Source: Aeoliella sp. (lineage in GTDB: Bacteria > Planctomycetota > Planctomycetia > Pirellulales > Lacipirellulaceae). From it: 64,000 nucleotides of DNA. The notes below the pieces were generated by a model. The model searched no databases, was not told the DNA's origin, and was given only the letters and a program-made list of their open reading frames with translations. The translations under genes were made by a program, and so were the position numbers. The stretch covers positions 1,911,537 to 1,975,536 of the forward strand of contig NZ_CBDDFX010000002.1 in the NCBI RefSeq assembly GCF_965227375.1. The letters are read 5' to 3'. Of this stretch, positions 36,709 through 46,337 are shown one piece after another (positions within the stretch are counted from its first letter, which is position 1; every line of letters begins with the position of its first letter).

Positions 36709-38265
36709 ATGGCGAAAACGAAAGCAGCCAACGCGAGAACACTCGGAGCAACCTCGATCGTGAGGCAGGCGCAAGGCCTGCTGCAATCTCAGCGATTCGA
36801 GGAAGCCATACAAGTGTTGAGCCGAGCTCGCAAGCGATTCCCGAAGCACGTGGATGTTTGCACCGCACTTGGCAGCGCCTATGCTCGCTTGGGTCGATTT
36901 CCGGCGGCCGAAGTAGCCTATTTGGATGCATGTCGACTGGCGCCCCACCGCCCCGACTTACAGCGGATTGCGGGACTGGCGTTACAGGAGATGGGTAGCT
37001 ACCAGCAGGCCGAGTTGTGCTTCCGGCGTGCTGCGGAACTGGAACCCCAATCGGCTTCGAACTTCGCCCATCTGGCACAAGTACTCGAGCGCCAGCACCG
37101 GCTGGACGAGGCTCAAGAAGCTTTTCAACGGGCGCTCGATCTCGATTCGCACTCGCCCGCTGCAAACCTGGCAGCAGCGGTGATTGCTCGTCGTAACGGA
37201 GACCTCGAGTCAGCAGAGAACCGCCTGGTTCAACTGCTCGAACGGAATCCGCCCGCCGATATCGCCTGGAAGGCGAACTACGAACTGGCGAAGGTCAGGG
37301 ATCGCTCGGGTTGTCACGGCGATGCGATGGAGGCTCTGCTTGCTGCCAAACGTTTGCAGGAGAAAGATCCACGTGTGCCGGGTTGTGTTCAACGGGCTTG
37401 GCGACATCGGTCGCGGATGAACGAGTCTCTCGACGAGCTATCCGCCGAGCAACTGGAGCGTTGGCATTCAAACGCGCCGGCGACGAGCGACAACTCGCCT
37501 GCGGTGCTCGTCGGCCACCCGCGCTCGGGTACGACGATGTGCCTGCAAATGCTCAGTGCCCATCCGGACGTCGTCGGCCTCGACGAAAAGCATCCGATGG
37601 GCACGGTGGTGCATAACGGGGCGGTTGAGCGTCTCGGTGAAGAAGAGTCGGTGCCGGAGTGCCTGGATCGGTTGAGCAACAGCAACATCGTGCAGCTGAG
37701 GTCTGCTTACTGGCGGGAGGTGGATCGCGTTATTGGTGAACCTCTCGGCTCACGGGTTTTGATCGACAAACATCCGCAGTATATCGCTTACTTGCCCTCG
37801 ATCATGCGGGTATTCGGTGGCTCCAAGATCATCTTCGTGGTTCGCGACCCCAGAGACGTGTGCCTGAGCTGTTTCATGCAGGCGTTCTCCGTTAATGCAA
37901 CGAGTGTTTCGTTTCTCACGCTGGAGCGAACCGTTGATCACTACGTCCAGTTCATGTCGTCTTGGCGACGCATAAGAGACCTGTTGCCAAGTGGCTGGAC
38001 CGAAGTGAAATACGAAGCGTTGGCACGCGACCTGCCGACCTACTCCCGACGCATCACGGAGTTCTTGGAAGTTCCCTGGAGCGAGCAGCTTCTCGCCTTC
38101 CACGAACTCGCATTGCACAGCCACAGCACCACACCAAGCTACGAAGCCATTACTCGCCCGATCAATACGGACGCAATTGGGCGATGGAAGCACTACGCCA
38201 AGGAGTTCGAGCCGCACCTGGAGAAACTGAGACCGTTTGTGGAGGAGTACGGCTACTCAACCTAG
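36709..38265 (+). CDS. TPR-repeat protein fused to a sulfotransferase domain
   Basis: The N-terminal half is TPR-like repeats. The C-terminal half has a PAPS-binding 5'-PSB motif (LVGHPRSGTTMCLQML) and 3'-PB motif (IIFVVRDPRDVCLSCF) characteristic of sulfotransferases. Confidence 0.8.
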   Translation: MAKTKAANARTLGATSIVRQAQGLLQSQRFEEAIQVLSRARKRFPKHVDVCTALGSAYARLGRFPAAEVAYLDACRLAPHRPDLQRIAGLALQEMGSYQQAELCFRRAAELEPQSASNFAHLAQVLERQHRLDEAQEAFQRALDLDSHSPAANLAAAVIARRNGDLESAENRLVQLLERNPPADIAWKANYELAKVRDRSGCHGDAMEALLAAKRLQEKDPRVPGCVQRAWRHRSRMNESLDELSAEQLERWHSNAPATSDNSPAVLVGHPRSGTTMCLQMLSAHPDVVGLDEKHPMGTVVHNGAVERLGEEESVPECLDRLSNSNIVQLRSAYWREVDRVIGEPLGSRVLIDKHPQYIAYLPSIMRVFGGSKIIFVVRDPRDVCLSCFMQAFSVNATSVSFLTLERTVDHYVQFMSSWRRIRDLLPSGWTEVKYEALARDLPTYSRRITEFLEVPWSEQLLAFHELALHSHSTTPSYEAITRPINTDAIGRWKHYAKEFEPHLEKLRPFVEEYGYST

Positions 38266-38385
38266 CGGCCATGACTTGCAAGCGCGGAGCGTAACTAGTC
38301 GTCGAAGAGGGCAAAAGTATCGGAATTATGCACCAAGTACTGATGAACCGTGGTTTTTGACACTTACACAGCTGGGAGATGACTA

Positions 38386-39180
38386 ATGGGACTTAGCAGC
38401 ATCATTTTCGACACACTTAAGTCGTTACCAGAGTATCTCGACCGACTTGCAAATCGCAAGCTCTTCATTGGAGCCTGTGGAGCGATCGCGCTGGCCGGAA
38501 GTACCGCAGCGTCGGGCGCTTTTATCGACGACTTTAGCGCCGACACTTCGGCCAACTACACGTTCGAGGACTCCTACGGGGGTGGGGGCAGCTTCGAGAT
38601 TTCAGGAGGCACACTCAACGTTGCCAGCAGTGGCAACAACACGGCCACGGCCACGACCTCCGCCGCGGTGCCATTTACCGTGGGGGAGTCGCTGGGCGTC
38701 GACGTCGTGGGCCTCACCGGCTCGGCGGGTGTGTTTCTTACCTTGGGCGAGAATCCTGGACAACCTAGTGGCTCCAACGACGGCTACCGCTGGCGGCGAG
38801 ACATCAACGGACTTAGACCTCAAGCAGCCAACGACGGAATTCTGATTGTTAGCGCCGATCCCGATCCAACAAGCAACGCAACCCTATGGATCGATCGCAC
38901 GGCAGCCGACACGTTCGAGTTTTTGTTTCAACTGGAGGGCGAATCGACCCGTTCATCCATTTACACCGACAACTATCCAGCACTTGCTGGTCTGACCGAC
39001 TTGCACATCGGCGTGCAACATTTCGGCGGCAGTCCCGCGACACGGTCCTTTGACAACCTGAGAATCGTCGCAACATCCAGCCTCGTACCCGAACCGGGAG
39101 CGGCTACCGTGGCACTGATTGCGGTCGTCTCCGCCGCAGGGGTGGCGTGGCGTCGTACAGAGCTCACGCGGAATAGCTAA
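38386..39180 (+). CDS. PEP-CTERM sorting-domain protein (paralog family A)
   Basis: Signal peptide, a conserved N-terminal module (FIDDFSADTSANYTFEDSYGGGGSFEISGGTLNVASSGNNTA...GYRWRRD...LWIDRTAADTFEF) and a C-terminal PEP-CTERM motif (VPEPGAATVALIAVVSAAGVAWRR). Confidence 0.8.
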   Translation: MGLSSIIFDTLKSLPEYLDRLANRKLFIGACGAIALAGSTAASGAFIDDFSADTSANYTFEDSYGGGGSFEISGGTLNVASSGNNTATATTSAAVPFTVGESLGVDVVGLTGSAGVFLTLGENPGQPSGSNDGYRWRRDINGLRPQAANDGILIVSADPDPTSNATLWIDRTAADTFEFLFQLEGESTRSSIYTDNYPALAGLTDLHIGVQHFGGSPATRSFDNLRIVATSSLVPEPGAATVALIAVVSAAGVAWRRTELTRNS

Positions 39181-39300
39181 TACGACACGAGACTCTCCAG
39201 CAAGGCGCCTTGCGCACAGGGGGCGCGAAGCGCCTTGATCCGCGTGAACTAGCCAGAGAATAACGACCCCGCAAACTGGAATACGAAAGCAACAGCAGCA

Positions 39301-40680
39301 GTGATCAGTAGTAGACATCAATGGTTAGCCTTGTTGGCCTTGTCACTGTGCAGCAGCAGTCTAGCGCAGCAGCCCTGGACGCTGGTAGGCATTGGCGATA
39401 CGCAGGTGCTCTCGCAGTCGGTGGCCGGAGGTCAGGCGATCGAGAGCATGACTCAGTGGGTGGTCGACAATCAACAAGCGAAGAACATCGTGTTCGTCAC
39501 CCAGTTGGGCGATATCGTGCAGGACGGACTCTACGGACGAACGAACGCGCAGGCTTCTTCCGTCAACAACGTCGATGAATGGAATCGAGTCGAAGCAGCG
39601 ATTGCCCATTTGGAAAATGCATCGATCCCTTGGGGTACTGCGGTTGGTAACCACGAACTCGATTGGGTGGATGTCATCCCCGGCGTCACCCCCAGCAGCA
39701 ACTGGTGGAGCAGCGAGAACCCAGGTGTACCAGTGCCCGCAAGCGGCTTTGAGGGCTGGAAGCAGAGATTTGGCCCTACCACGACGGGCCGATTCGACGA
39801 TGTACCGCAATTCGGCGGCGCCAGCCCGGACGACGTCGATAGCTACTTCGTCTACAACGCCGGCGGTCGCGACTATTTGCACATCCACCTACAGGTGGAT
39901 GTACCGGACACCGCGATATCTTGGGCCCAGGGAGTAATCGATGCTCACGCTGGCATGCCCACCATCGTCAGCACCCATGTTTTCGAAGGGACGATACACG
40001 GACCTCCCAATCATCCCTACCTGCCAGGTTCCGGCCGGAACAGCGCCAACCAGGTGTGGGACAAGTTGATCAACGACAACAGCCAGATATTCCTGGTGCT
40101 CAATGGGCACACAGGTCAGCAGCAGCATCGCACGCGAACCAATGCTGCTGGTAAATCGGTCTTCACGATCGTGCAAGACTATGCGGGCTTCGACACTGGT
40201 GGCCAGAACTCAGGCTACATGAGGCTGTACGAGTTCGATGAATCCAATAGCGTGTTGCGCGTGAAAACCTACTCACCAAAGCTTGACGAGTACTTAACCA
40301 CCGCTTCACACCAGTATGATCTAACACTCGACTGGCTTACCCGTTTCGACATAACGCTGGTAGGCGACCTGGATTTCAACACCGTCATCGACATCAACGA
40401 CTGGAACCTGTTCCGTACGGGCCACCTTACAGACCTTTCCAGTCTGACCAAACTGCAGCAGTATTCCATGGGCGACATGGATGGCGACGGAGACAACGAC
40501 GTTTCGGATTTCGCGTTGTTCAAGACGGCTTACGACAACGCCAATGGCGTTGGGCAATTCGAAGCCATGGTGAGCCGCGTTCCTGAACCGTGTAGTTCGA
40601 GTTTGCTGGGAGCCTGTTCGTGCTCTTCTCTAATCGTCCTTCGTGGTCGGTTAGGCAGATGCAGACACGGTCGCCGCTAA
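39301..40680 (+). CDS. Secreted metallophosphoesterase (calcineurin-like) with dockerin-like repeat and PEP-CTERM anchor
   Basis: Signal peptide, metallophosphoesterase motifs (GDTQ, GDIVQDG, GNHE, GHTG), a dockerin-like Ca-binding repeat (DINDWNLF...GDMDGDGDNDVSDFALFK) and a C-terminal VPEP... motif. Confidence 0.8.
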   Translation: MISSRHQWLALLALSLCSSSLAQQPWTLVGIGDTQVLSQSVAGGQAIESMTQWVVDNQQAKNIVFVTQLGDIVQDGLYGRTNAQASSVNNVDEWNRVEAAIAHLENASIPWGTAVGNHELDWVDVIPGVTPSSNWWSSENPGVPVPASGFEGWKQRFGPTTTGRFDDVPQFGGASPDDVDSYFVYNAGGRDYLHIHLQVDVPDTAISWAQGVIDAHAGMPTIVSTHVFEGTIHGPPNHPYLPGSGRNSANQVWDKLINDNSQIFLVLNGHTGQQQHRTRTNAAGKSVFTIVQDYAGFDTGGQNSGYMRLYEFDESNSVLRVKTYSPKLDEYLTTASHQYDLTLDWLTRFDITLVGDLDFNTVIDINDWNLFRTGHLTDLSSLTKLQQYSMGDMDGDGDNDVSDFALFKTAYDNANGVGQFEAMVSRVPEPCSSSLLGACSCSSLIVLRGRLGRCRHGRR

Positions 40681-40747
40681 AAAACAATCAATTGAAGTGT
40701 GCTTAGTCCTTCGCAGAGCTGATGCAACAACTTTTGGAGGAATCGCG

Positions 40748-42160
40748 ATGAGATGGTTCGGACCTTTCTACCCAGTCGTCCTAGGGCTGGGTGTATTCCT
40801 GAACTCAGCTACACCAGTGTCCGCAGTCTTCCTGGACGACTTTAGCGCCGACACGTCGGCCAACTATGCCCTGGAAGATTCGTTCGGAACGGGTGGTTCG
40901 TTCGCTATCGCGGATGGAACCCTGAACATCACGACCGGCGCGAACAACACCGCCAGCGTCACACTCGCCACCCCGCAAAGCTTGGCGGTAGGCGAGTCGC
41001 TGGGCGTTGATGTAGGGCCGGTCCAGGCGCCCAACGGCGTCTTCATGACTCTTGGGGCCGACGTTGGGCAGCCGAGTGGAGCCAACAACGGATATCGCTG
41101 GCGACGCGACGCTAGCGGAGGCGGCAACAGCATCCGCATCCAGCGCAACGACGCAGGTGTCATCATCGGCCCCGTGCCCGATCCGGATATCACTAAGCCG
41201 GCGACGCTGTGGATCGATCGAGTTGCTGCGGACACGTTTGAGTTTTTGATCCAACAAGAGGGTAGCCTCACGCGGACATCCTACGGAACGGACACCTATT
41301 CGGCGCTCGGTAGCCTTGACGACTTGTACATTGGCGTCCAGGCATACGACGCTTCCGCTAACACCTTCGCGTTCGACAATCTGAGAATCGTTGACACGGG
41401 CAGCATCGGCGACATCAACATCAAGGCCGTTATCGACCGGGACAGTGGCGCGATCTCACTCGTGGGCGATCCGAGCTCAGCAGTCACCATTCTGGGATAC
41501 ACGCTAACTTCAGCTCGAGGATCCTTGGATCAGTCGGGGTGGACCACCATCGCGGGGAACTACGATGGCCAAGGCAACACTTCCGTGGACGCCGATGATT
41601 GGTCCGTTCTGGCTCCAACGGGCTCCCACACCTTATTGGCGGAAGCCGAGCTCGACTTCGACGGCGGGGACGGAGCAACCATTGCTGCTGGTCAAACGGT
41701 CAACCTGAGCCAGTCGGGAGGACTGTGGATTCAAAATCCTGTAGAAGAAGACGACTTGGAGTTCACTCTGCTGTTCGACAACGGTAACAGCGAAGTCGTG
41801 GACGTCGAGTTTTTCGGCAACTCAGGGGAAGCACTCAAGCCGGGGGATCTCAACTTCGACACCCACGTGAATGTGCACGATTGGAACATCTTCATTGCCA
41901 ATCACCTGGTTGACCTCTCCAGTCTCACTGTGGCGCAAGCTTATCAACTGGGGGATCTCGACGGAGACCTGGATAACGACATCTCCGACTTTGGCATGTT
42001 CAAGCTGGCCTACGACGCGGACCAAGGCCCAGGGGCCTTTGCCGCCATGATCAGCCAGGTGCCCGAGCCCTCAACGACGTTGCTGATGGGCACGGCAGCG
42101 TTCCTCACGTGCGGCCCCGTGCTGCTCCGACGCCGATGGAAGTCCAACCAGCCATCGTAG
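40748..42160 (+). CDS. PEP-CTERM sorting-domain protein (paralog family A) with dockerin-like repeat
   Basis: Same conserved N-terminal module (FLDDFSADTSANYALEDSFGTGGSFAIADGTLNITTGANNTA...GYRWRRD...LWIDRVAADTFEF), a dockerin-like segment (DLNFDTHVNVHDWNIF...GDLDGDLDNDISDFGMFK) and a PEP-CTERM motif (VPEPSTTLLMGTAAFLTCGPVLLRRR). Confidence 0.8.
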   Translation: MRWFGPFYPVVLGLGVFLNSATPVSAVFLDDFSADTSANYALEDSFGTGGSFAIADGTLNITTGANNTASVTLATPQSLAVGESLGVDVGPVQAPNGVFMTLGADVGQPSGANNGYRWRRDASGGGNSIRIQRNDAGVIIGPVPDPDITKPATLWIDRVAADTFEFLIQQEGSLTRTSYGTDTYSALGSLDDLYIGVQAYDASANTFAFDNLRIVDTGSIGDINIKAVIDRDSGAISLVGDPSSAVTILGYTLTSARGSLDQSGWTTIAGNYDGQGNTSVDADDWSVLAPTGSHTLLAEAELDFDGGDGATIAAGQTVNLSQSGGLWIQNPVEEDDLEFTLLFDNGNSEVVDVEFFGNSGEALKPGDLNFDTHVNVHDWNIFIANHLVDLSSLTVAQAYQLGDLDGDLDNDISDFGMFKLAYDADQGPGAFAAMISQVPEPSTTLLMGTAAFLTCGPVLLRRRWKSNQPS

Positions 42161-42223
42161 CTTTCTATTTAATACCTGATCGACGACCTACACCGAATAA
42201 GTACAGCCGCTGGAGAAACGACG

Positions 42224-44785
42224 ATGCCATTATTCGATACGATTTGTTCGGCCTGCCAAAGTCTGGCCGACTTGATTGCTGGGCTAGACAGAAAGAAGTT
42301 GCTGGTTGGTGCCGCCGGGTTGGCAGTGGCCTGGGCAGGCCAGTCAGCATCGGCCGATTTCCTTGATGATTTTGAGACCGATACGTCGGCTAACTACAGC
42401 TTCGAGGATTCGTACGGTGGCGGTGGCAGCTTTGATGTCTCCAATGGCACGCTCAACATCGCCAGCAGCGGAAACAACACCGCGATGGCCTACACCACGG
42501 CCACGGTGCCTTTTGCTGTGGGTGAGTCCCTGGGCGTGGACGTTGCTGGCCTAAGCGGCAGTGCGGGAGTATTCCTCACCCTGGGCCAGGGCGCGGGACA
42601 GCCAAGCGGGGGGAACAGTGGCTATCGCTGGCGGCGAGACATTAACGGCTTGCGCCCCCAAGCGGCCGACGACGGCATCCTGATAGTCACGGCCGATCCT
42701 GATCCTGCCAGCAACGCGACGCTGTGGATCGATCGCGTTGCCGCCGACACGTTCGAGTTCAAATTCCAACTGGAAGGAGAGTTCGCTCGCACTTCGATCT
42801 TTACGGACACCTATGCTGCCTTGGCCGGACTTGCCGAGATGCACATCGGCATGCAGCACTTCGGCGGTAGCGCAGCAACACGCCCCTTCGACAACCTCAG
42901 AATTGTCGACACGGCTATCATCGACAATCCTCCCACTCTGACGTTGTCGGTCGATGCGGTTTCGGGCCAGGTCGCCATCATGAATTCGTCGGGGACCAAT
43001 TTCGAAGTCGACTACTATCTAATCGAGAGTGCCGGTGGGGCGATGAATGAAAGCGGCTGGAACAGTCTGGCCGACCAGAACCTCGATTCGGCGGCTGGTG
43101 GAGACTACAACGGCGATGGCTCTGTCAACATTGGCGACTACACGGTGTGGCGCAACAATCTCGGTGCGTCGATCACCCTAGCAAATGAAAATCCTGCAGC
43201 CAGCACGCCGGGCGTGGTCGATGCGGAGGACTACGAGTTTTGGAAAAGCCAGTTCGGCGTTGTAGGCAGCAGCGGATGGGGTGAGGCTGGCGGTTCGGAC
43301 GAATTCAAGTTGGCCGAACTCTCGCTCGCCGGCAGCACACTGTCGGATGGCAGTTCCGTTGGGCTGGGAGCTGCCTTCAATCCAGCCGTGTTTGGAGCGG
43401 GGAATGTGGGCGACCTCGAATTCCTCGTACGACTCACATCAGGTCAGGTGTTGACCGGCGACGTTGTATATTCGAACGCCGGCGCAATTGCTGCGACGGT
43501 GGTGCCAGAGCCTTCCACGCATTTGCTCATGTTCTGCGGTGTCGTGGGTTTGGGAGTGGTCGCACGCCGACGCTTCACATTGCCCGCCAGAAGTTGCAGG
43601 GCAACACACAGTATTGCCGTTTCGATCGTCGCTTGGGCGGCAGTGGGCAGCACCGCCCTTGCGACGATTACTCTCGACCGATCTTATCAGTTTGGCGACC
43701 CTGGAACGTCTGACGCGACGCTGGCTCCGCCCAGTGTCGAACAAGCGGCCAATGTTGGAGAAGGCAATCCGATGGGCTTCGTTTTTGGCGGCACAACCAG
43801 CACGGGAGACGATGAATCGCCCTTCGTCGATCTGGAGGTATTCGGCGCCACCTACACCTCGACTGCAGCTCGTCCGGGCGCCTCGGCCGGACACTATGGT
43901 GCTCACTTCGACGGAGTGAACGACTACCTCCGCGGCCAACGACTGGGGCTACCCTCTACTTCGGTCAACTCAATCGATGGAGGAGGTCCGCTTAACTACA
44001 GCGGAATCTCCGATCGTGGACTCCACTTCTGGGCAAATCCAAGCTCTGCAGGCAGTGGCACTGCCCAGTCGTTGATTGCCGATACCGAGCAACACGGCGT
44101 ACGTATCAGCAGCGGTGGAACCTGGGTAATGCAGTACAACGGTGTGACAGTCGACTCGGGCGAGCCGGTGAGCTTTGATGATTGGAGTCACGTGATGCTC
44201 GTGCGGCCCTATGGCTCGGCCGGCGGTGCCCGACTGTATGTCGACGGGATCGCCATTGCCGCCGCGGCCGGCGGCTACGACGGGTCGGACCTCTCTCCGC
44301 TGGTAGTGGGCGCCAACAGCGGCGACACGCCTGGCACAGCGGACTACTTCAGCGGAGTGATCGACGATCTGGAATTGTTCGTTATGGGCCAGGCGACCGA
44401 GTCGCCGTTCGACGATTGGGGAACGTTCGACTACGCCACGGACAATCATGTGGCCGCTTCGATGCTCACAGGTATTGCTGGCGATGTCGATCAGGATGGA
44501 TCCTTGACACCACAGGACGTCGACGATTTCATCGCCGGATTCTTCCAGAGAAACCTGGTAAACGGGATCCAGGTAGGCGACATCACGAGCATCAAGCAGG
44601 GCGACCTGAATCTGGACGGATTTACGAACCTCGACGACGCCTTCCTGTTGCACACGGCACTGGTAGCCAATGGCATGGGCGGGCTCGGCCAATTCGGCTT
44701 CACGGTGGTTCCCGAACCTCACACGTGGGCGATCACGATTTCGGCCATAGGGCTGTTTGGCCTGATGCGGAGTCGTAGTTCGTAA
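42224..44785 (+). CDS. PEP-CTERM protein (paralog family A) apparently fused in-frame to a second secreted LamG-like/dockerin PEP-CTERM protein
   Basis: The N-terminal ~445 aa form a complete family-A protein ending in VVPEPSTHLLMFCGVVGLGVVARRRF. Translation then continues without a stop into a signal-peptide-like segment (LPARSCRATHSIAVSIVAWAAVGSTALA), a LamG/concanavalin-like region (HFDGVNDYLRGQ...LYVDGIAIA...DDLELFV), a dockerin-like repeat and a second PEP-CTERM motif (VVPEPHTWAITISAIGLFGLMRSR). Confidence 0.7.
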   Translation: MPLFDTICSACQSLADLIAGLDRKKLLVGAAGLAVAWAGQSASADFLDDFETDTSANYSFEDSYGGGGSFDVSNGTLNIASSGNNTAMAYTTATVPFAVGESLGVDVAGLSGSAGVFLTLGQGAGQPSGGNSGYRWRRDINGLRPQAADDGILIVTADPDPASNATLWIDRVAADTFEFKFQLEGEFARTSIFTDTYAALAGLAEMHIGMQHFGGSAATRPFDNLRIVDTAIIDNPPTLTLSVDAVSGQVAIMNSSGTNFEVDYYLIESAGGAMNESGWNSLADQNLDSAAGGDYNGDGSVNIGDYTVWRNNLGASITLANENPAASTPGVVDAEDYEFWKSQFGVVGSSGWGEAGGSDEFKLAELSLAGSTLSDGSSVGLGAAFNPAVFGAGNVGDLEFLVRLTSGQVLTGDVVYSNAGAIAATVVPEPSTHLLMFCGVVGLGVVARRRFTLPARSCRATHSIAVSIVAWAAVGSTALATITLDRSYQFGDPGTSDATLAPPSVEQAANVGEGNPMGFVFGGTTSTGDDESPFVDLEVFGATYTSTAARPGASAGHYGAHFDGVNDYLRGQRLGLPSTSVNSIDGGGPLNYSGISDRGLHFWANPSSAGSGTAQSLIADTEQHGVRISSGGTWVMQYNGVTVDSGEPVSFDDWSHVMLVRPYGSAGGARLYVDGIAIAAAAGGYDGSDLSPLVVGANSGDTPGTADYFSGVIDDLELFVMGQATESPFDDWGTFDYATDNHVAASMLTGIAGDVDQDGSLTPQDVDDFIAGFFQRNLVNGIQVGDITSIKQGDLNLDGFTNLDDAFLLHTALVANGMGGLGQFGFTVVPEPHTWAITISAIGLFGLMRSRSS

Positions 44786-44846
44786 AGGGCTAGCGGTAGG
44801 GTTGCAGGCGAGAACAAAGAGTTGTTCCAAACTATGGGAAGCGAAT

Positions 44847-45872
44847 ATGAACTGCATGCAAATAGGTGACAGGAAGTTGCGAAAAGGCTCTGGCTACGCC
44901 AGCCGCGTCGTGCCGAGCGGTTTTACGTTGGTGGAGTTGCTTGTTGTCATCGCGATCATAGGCATTTTGGTAGCGCTGCTCCTGCCAGCCGTGCAGGCAG
45001 CCAGGGAAGCGGCGCGACGAACGCAGTGCCTGAACAAAGCGAAGCAAATCGCCCTGGCGTGCCATAACTATGAATCAAATCGCAAGCACTTTCCTTCAGG
45101 CGCAGTGACGACGATAGAGTCGAGCGTCACGGACAACTGCACCATCTCGGCAAACACTGCAGGTGGTGTTCCCTGGACGGTGGCCATCTTGCCCTATCTT
45201 GAAGAACAAGCCTTGTTCGACCGTTTCGACTTGGAACAGCCCTTCTTTTCCCACTACCCCAGCGGGGGAGGACAAGTTGGCGAGCCGAACGAGTCGGCTC
45301 AACTGACGCCGCTCGACAAGTTCAAGTGTCCCTCCAATGGCAGCATCGCGCCCACCGATCCCGCCAATAGTTACTATGGCGTGATGGGCGGAGGGCCGTT
45401 GCCGACTCCCGAGTACGGTGGTTGCTCCACCACGGGCAATCAACGCGTGTACTTCTACAACGGCATCTTTTTCAATAATTCCGAGTTGCGCGTCGCTCGT
45501 ATCACTGACGGTACTTCCAACACCTACTTGCTGGGAGAGACTCTCTATCACCAGTTGAAGGTCAGCCATCCCAACTGGTACGAATCTTGGGCGTCGACAC
45601 TGTACATTCGCCCGAGTGACTCGCTGTATCTCAATGTCGCTGCGGCGCTGGTGGGTATCAACGCGCTAGATTGCGACCCTGAGTTCAGCAACTGCCACCA
45701 GCACGTCACACGTGGTTTCGGCAGCAAGCATGTTGGCGGATGCCACTTTGCGATGGCGGACGGTTCGGTGCGTTTTGAAAACGAAGACATCGACCTGCTG
45801 GTCTATCAAGACAACAGCATTCGCGACAACGGAGGAGTGATCAAGGCGCCAAGTCCCCCGCGTAGACAATGA
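44847..45872 (+). CDS. DUF1559 / prepilin-type N-terminal cleavage-methylation domain protein (H-X9-DG family)
   Basis: GFTLVELLVVIAIIGILVALLLPAVQAAREAARRTQCLNKAKQIALACHNYES is the canonical planctomycete DUF1559 N-terminus (type IV pilin-like leader). The C-terminus has FGSKHVGGCHFAMADGSVRF (H-X9-DG). Confidence 0.9.
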   Translation: MNCMQIGDRKLRKGSGYASRVVPSGFTLVELLVVIAIIGILVALLLPAVQAAREAARRTQCLNKAKQIALACHNYESNRKHFPSGAVTTIESSVTDNCTISANTAGGVPWTVAILPYLEEQALFDRFDLEQPFFSHYPSGGGQVGEPNESAQLTPLDKFKCPSNGSIAPTDPANSYYGVMGGGPLPTPEYGGCSTTGNQRVYFYNGIFFNNSELRVARITDGTSNTYLLGETLYHQLKVSHPNWYESWASTLYIRPSDSLYLNVAAALVGINALDCDPEFSNCHQHVTRGFGSKHVGGCHFAMADGSVRFENEDIDLLVYQDNSIRDNGGVIKAPSPPRRQ

Positions 45873-45902
45873 CCCGAATTTGGTGCACTTGGAATTAGTA
45901 GA

Positions 45903-46331
45903 ATGAAGAAGTACATGCAGAGTATCGCTTACCGTCGACTGTTGCTATTAGCAGCATGCATGGTCATGTCCGCCAGCATCGGGTGCGGCAAACGGGATGG
46001 ACCGCAGAGATTCAGCCGCCAGGGTGCCATTACATTCAACGGCCAGTCGGTGGGCAAGGGCGAGATCATTTTCTCTCCAGACCGTTCGAAGGGGGCTTCT
46101 GGCCCCGGAGCGACCGTCACTTTTGAGGATGGCACTTACCGTACCCGAAAGGGCAAAGGTACGTTGAGTGGGCCACACCTAGTGGAAATATCGGGATACG
46201 ACGGCAACTCCGCTGCGAAGGATCCCAATCGAGAGCCTCATCCTTGGGGAAATACTCTTTTCGAGAATTACAGGGTCGAGATAGAATTCCCGGCGGAGAA
46301 TTCTACTCACGACTTCAACGTTACTGAATAG
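45903..46331 (+). CDS. Small lipoprotein (frequent partner of DUF1559 genes)
   Basis: Signal peptide with lipobox (MSASIGCG) and a beta-rich ~120-aa body. No recognised catalytic motifs. Confidence 0.55.
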   Translation: MKKYMQSIAYRRLLLLAACMVMSASIGCGKRDGPQRFSRQGAITFNGQSVGKGEIIFSPDRSKGASGPGATVTFEDGTYRTRKGKGTLSGPHLVEISGYDGNSAAKDPNREPHPWGNTLFENYRVEIEFPAENSTHDFNVTE

Positions 46332-46337
46332 AACACG

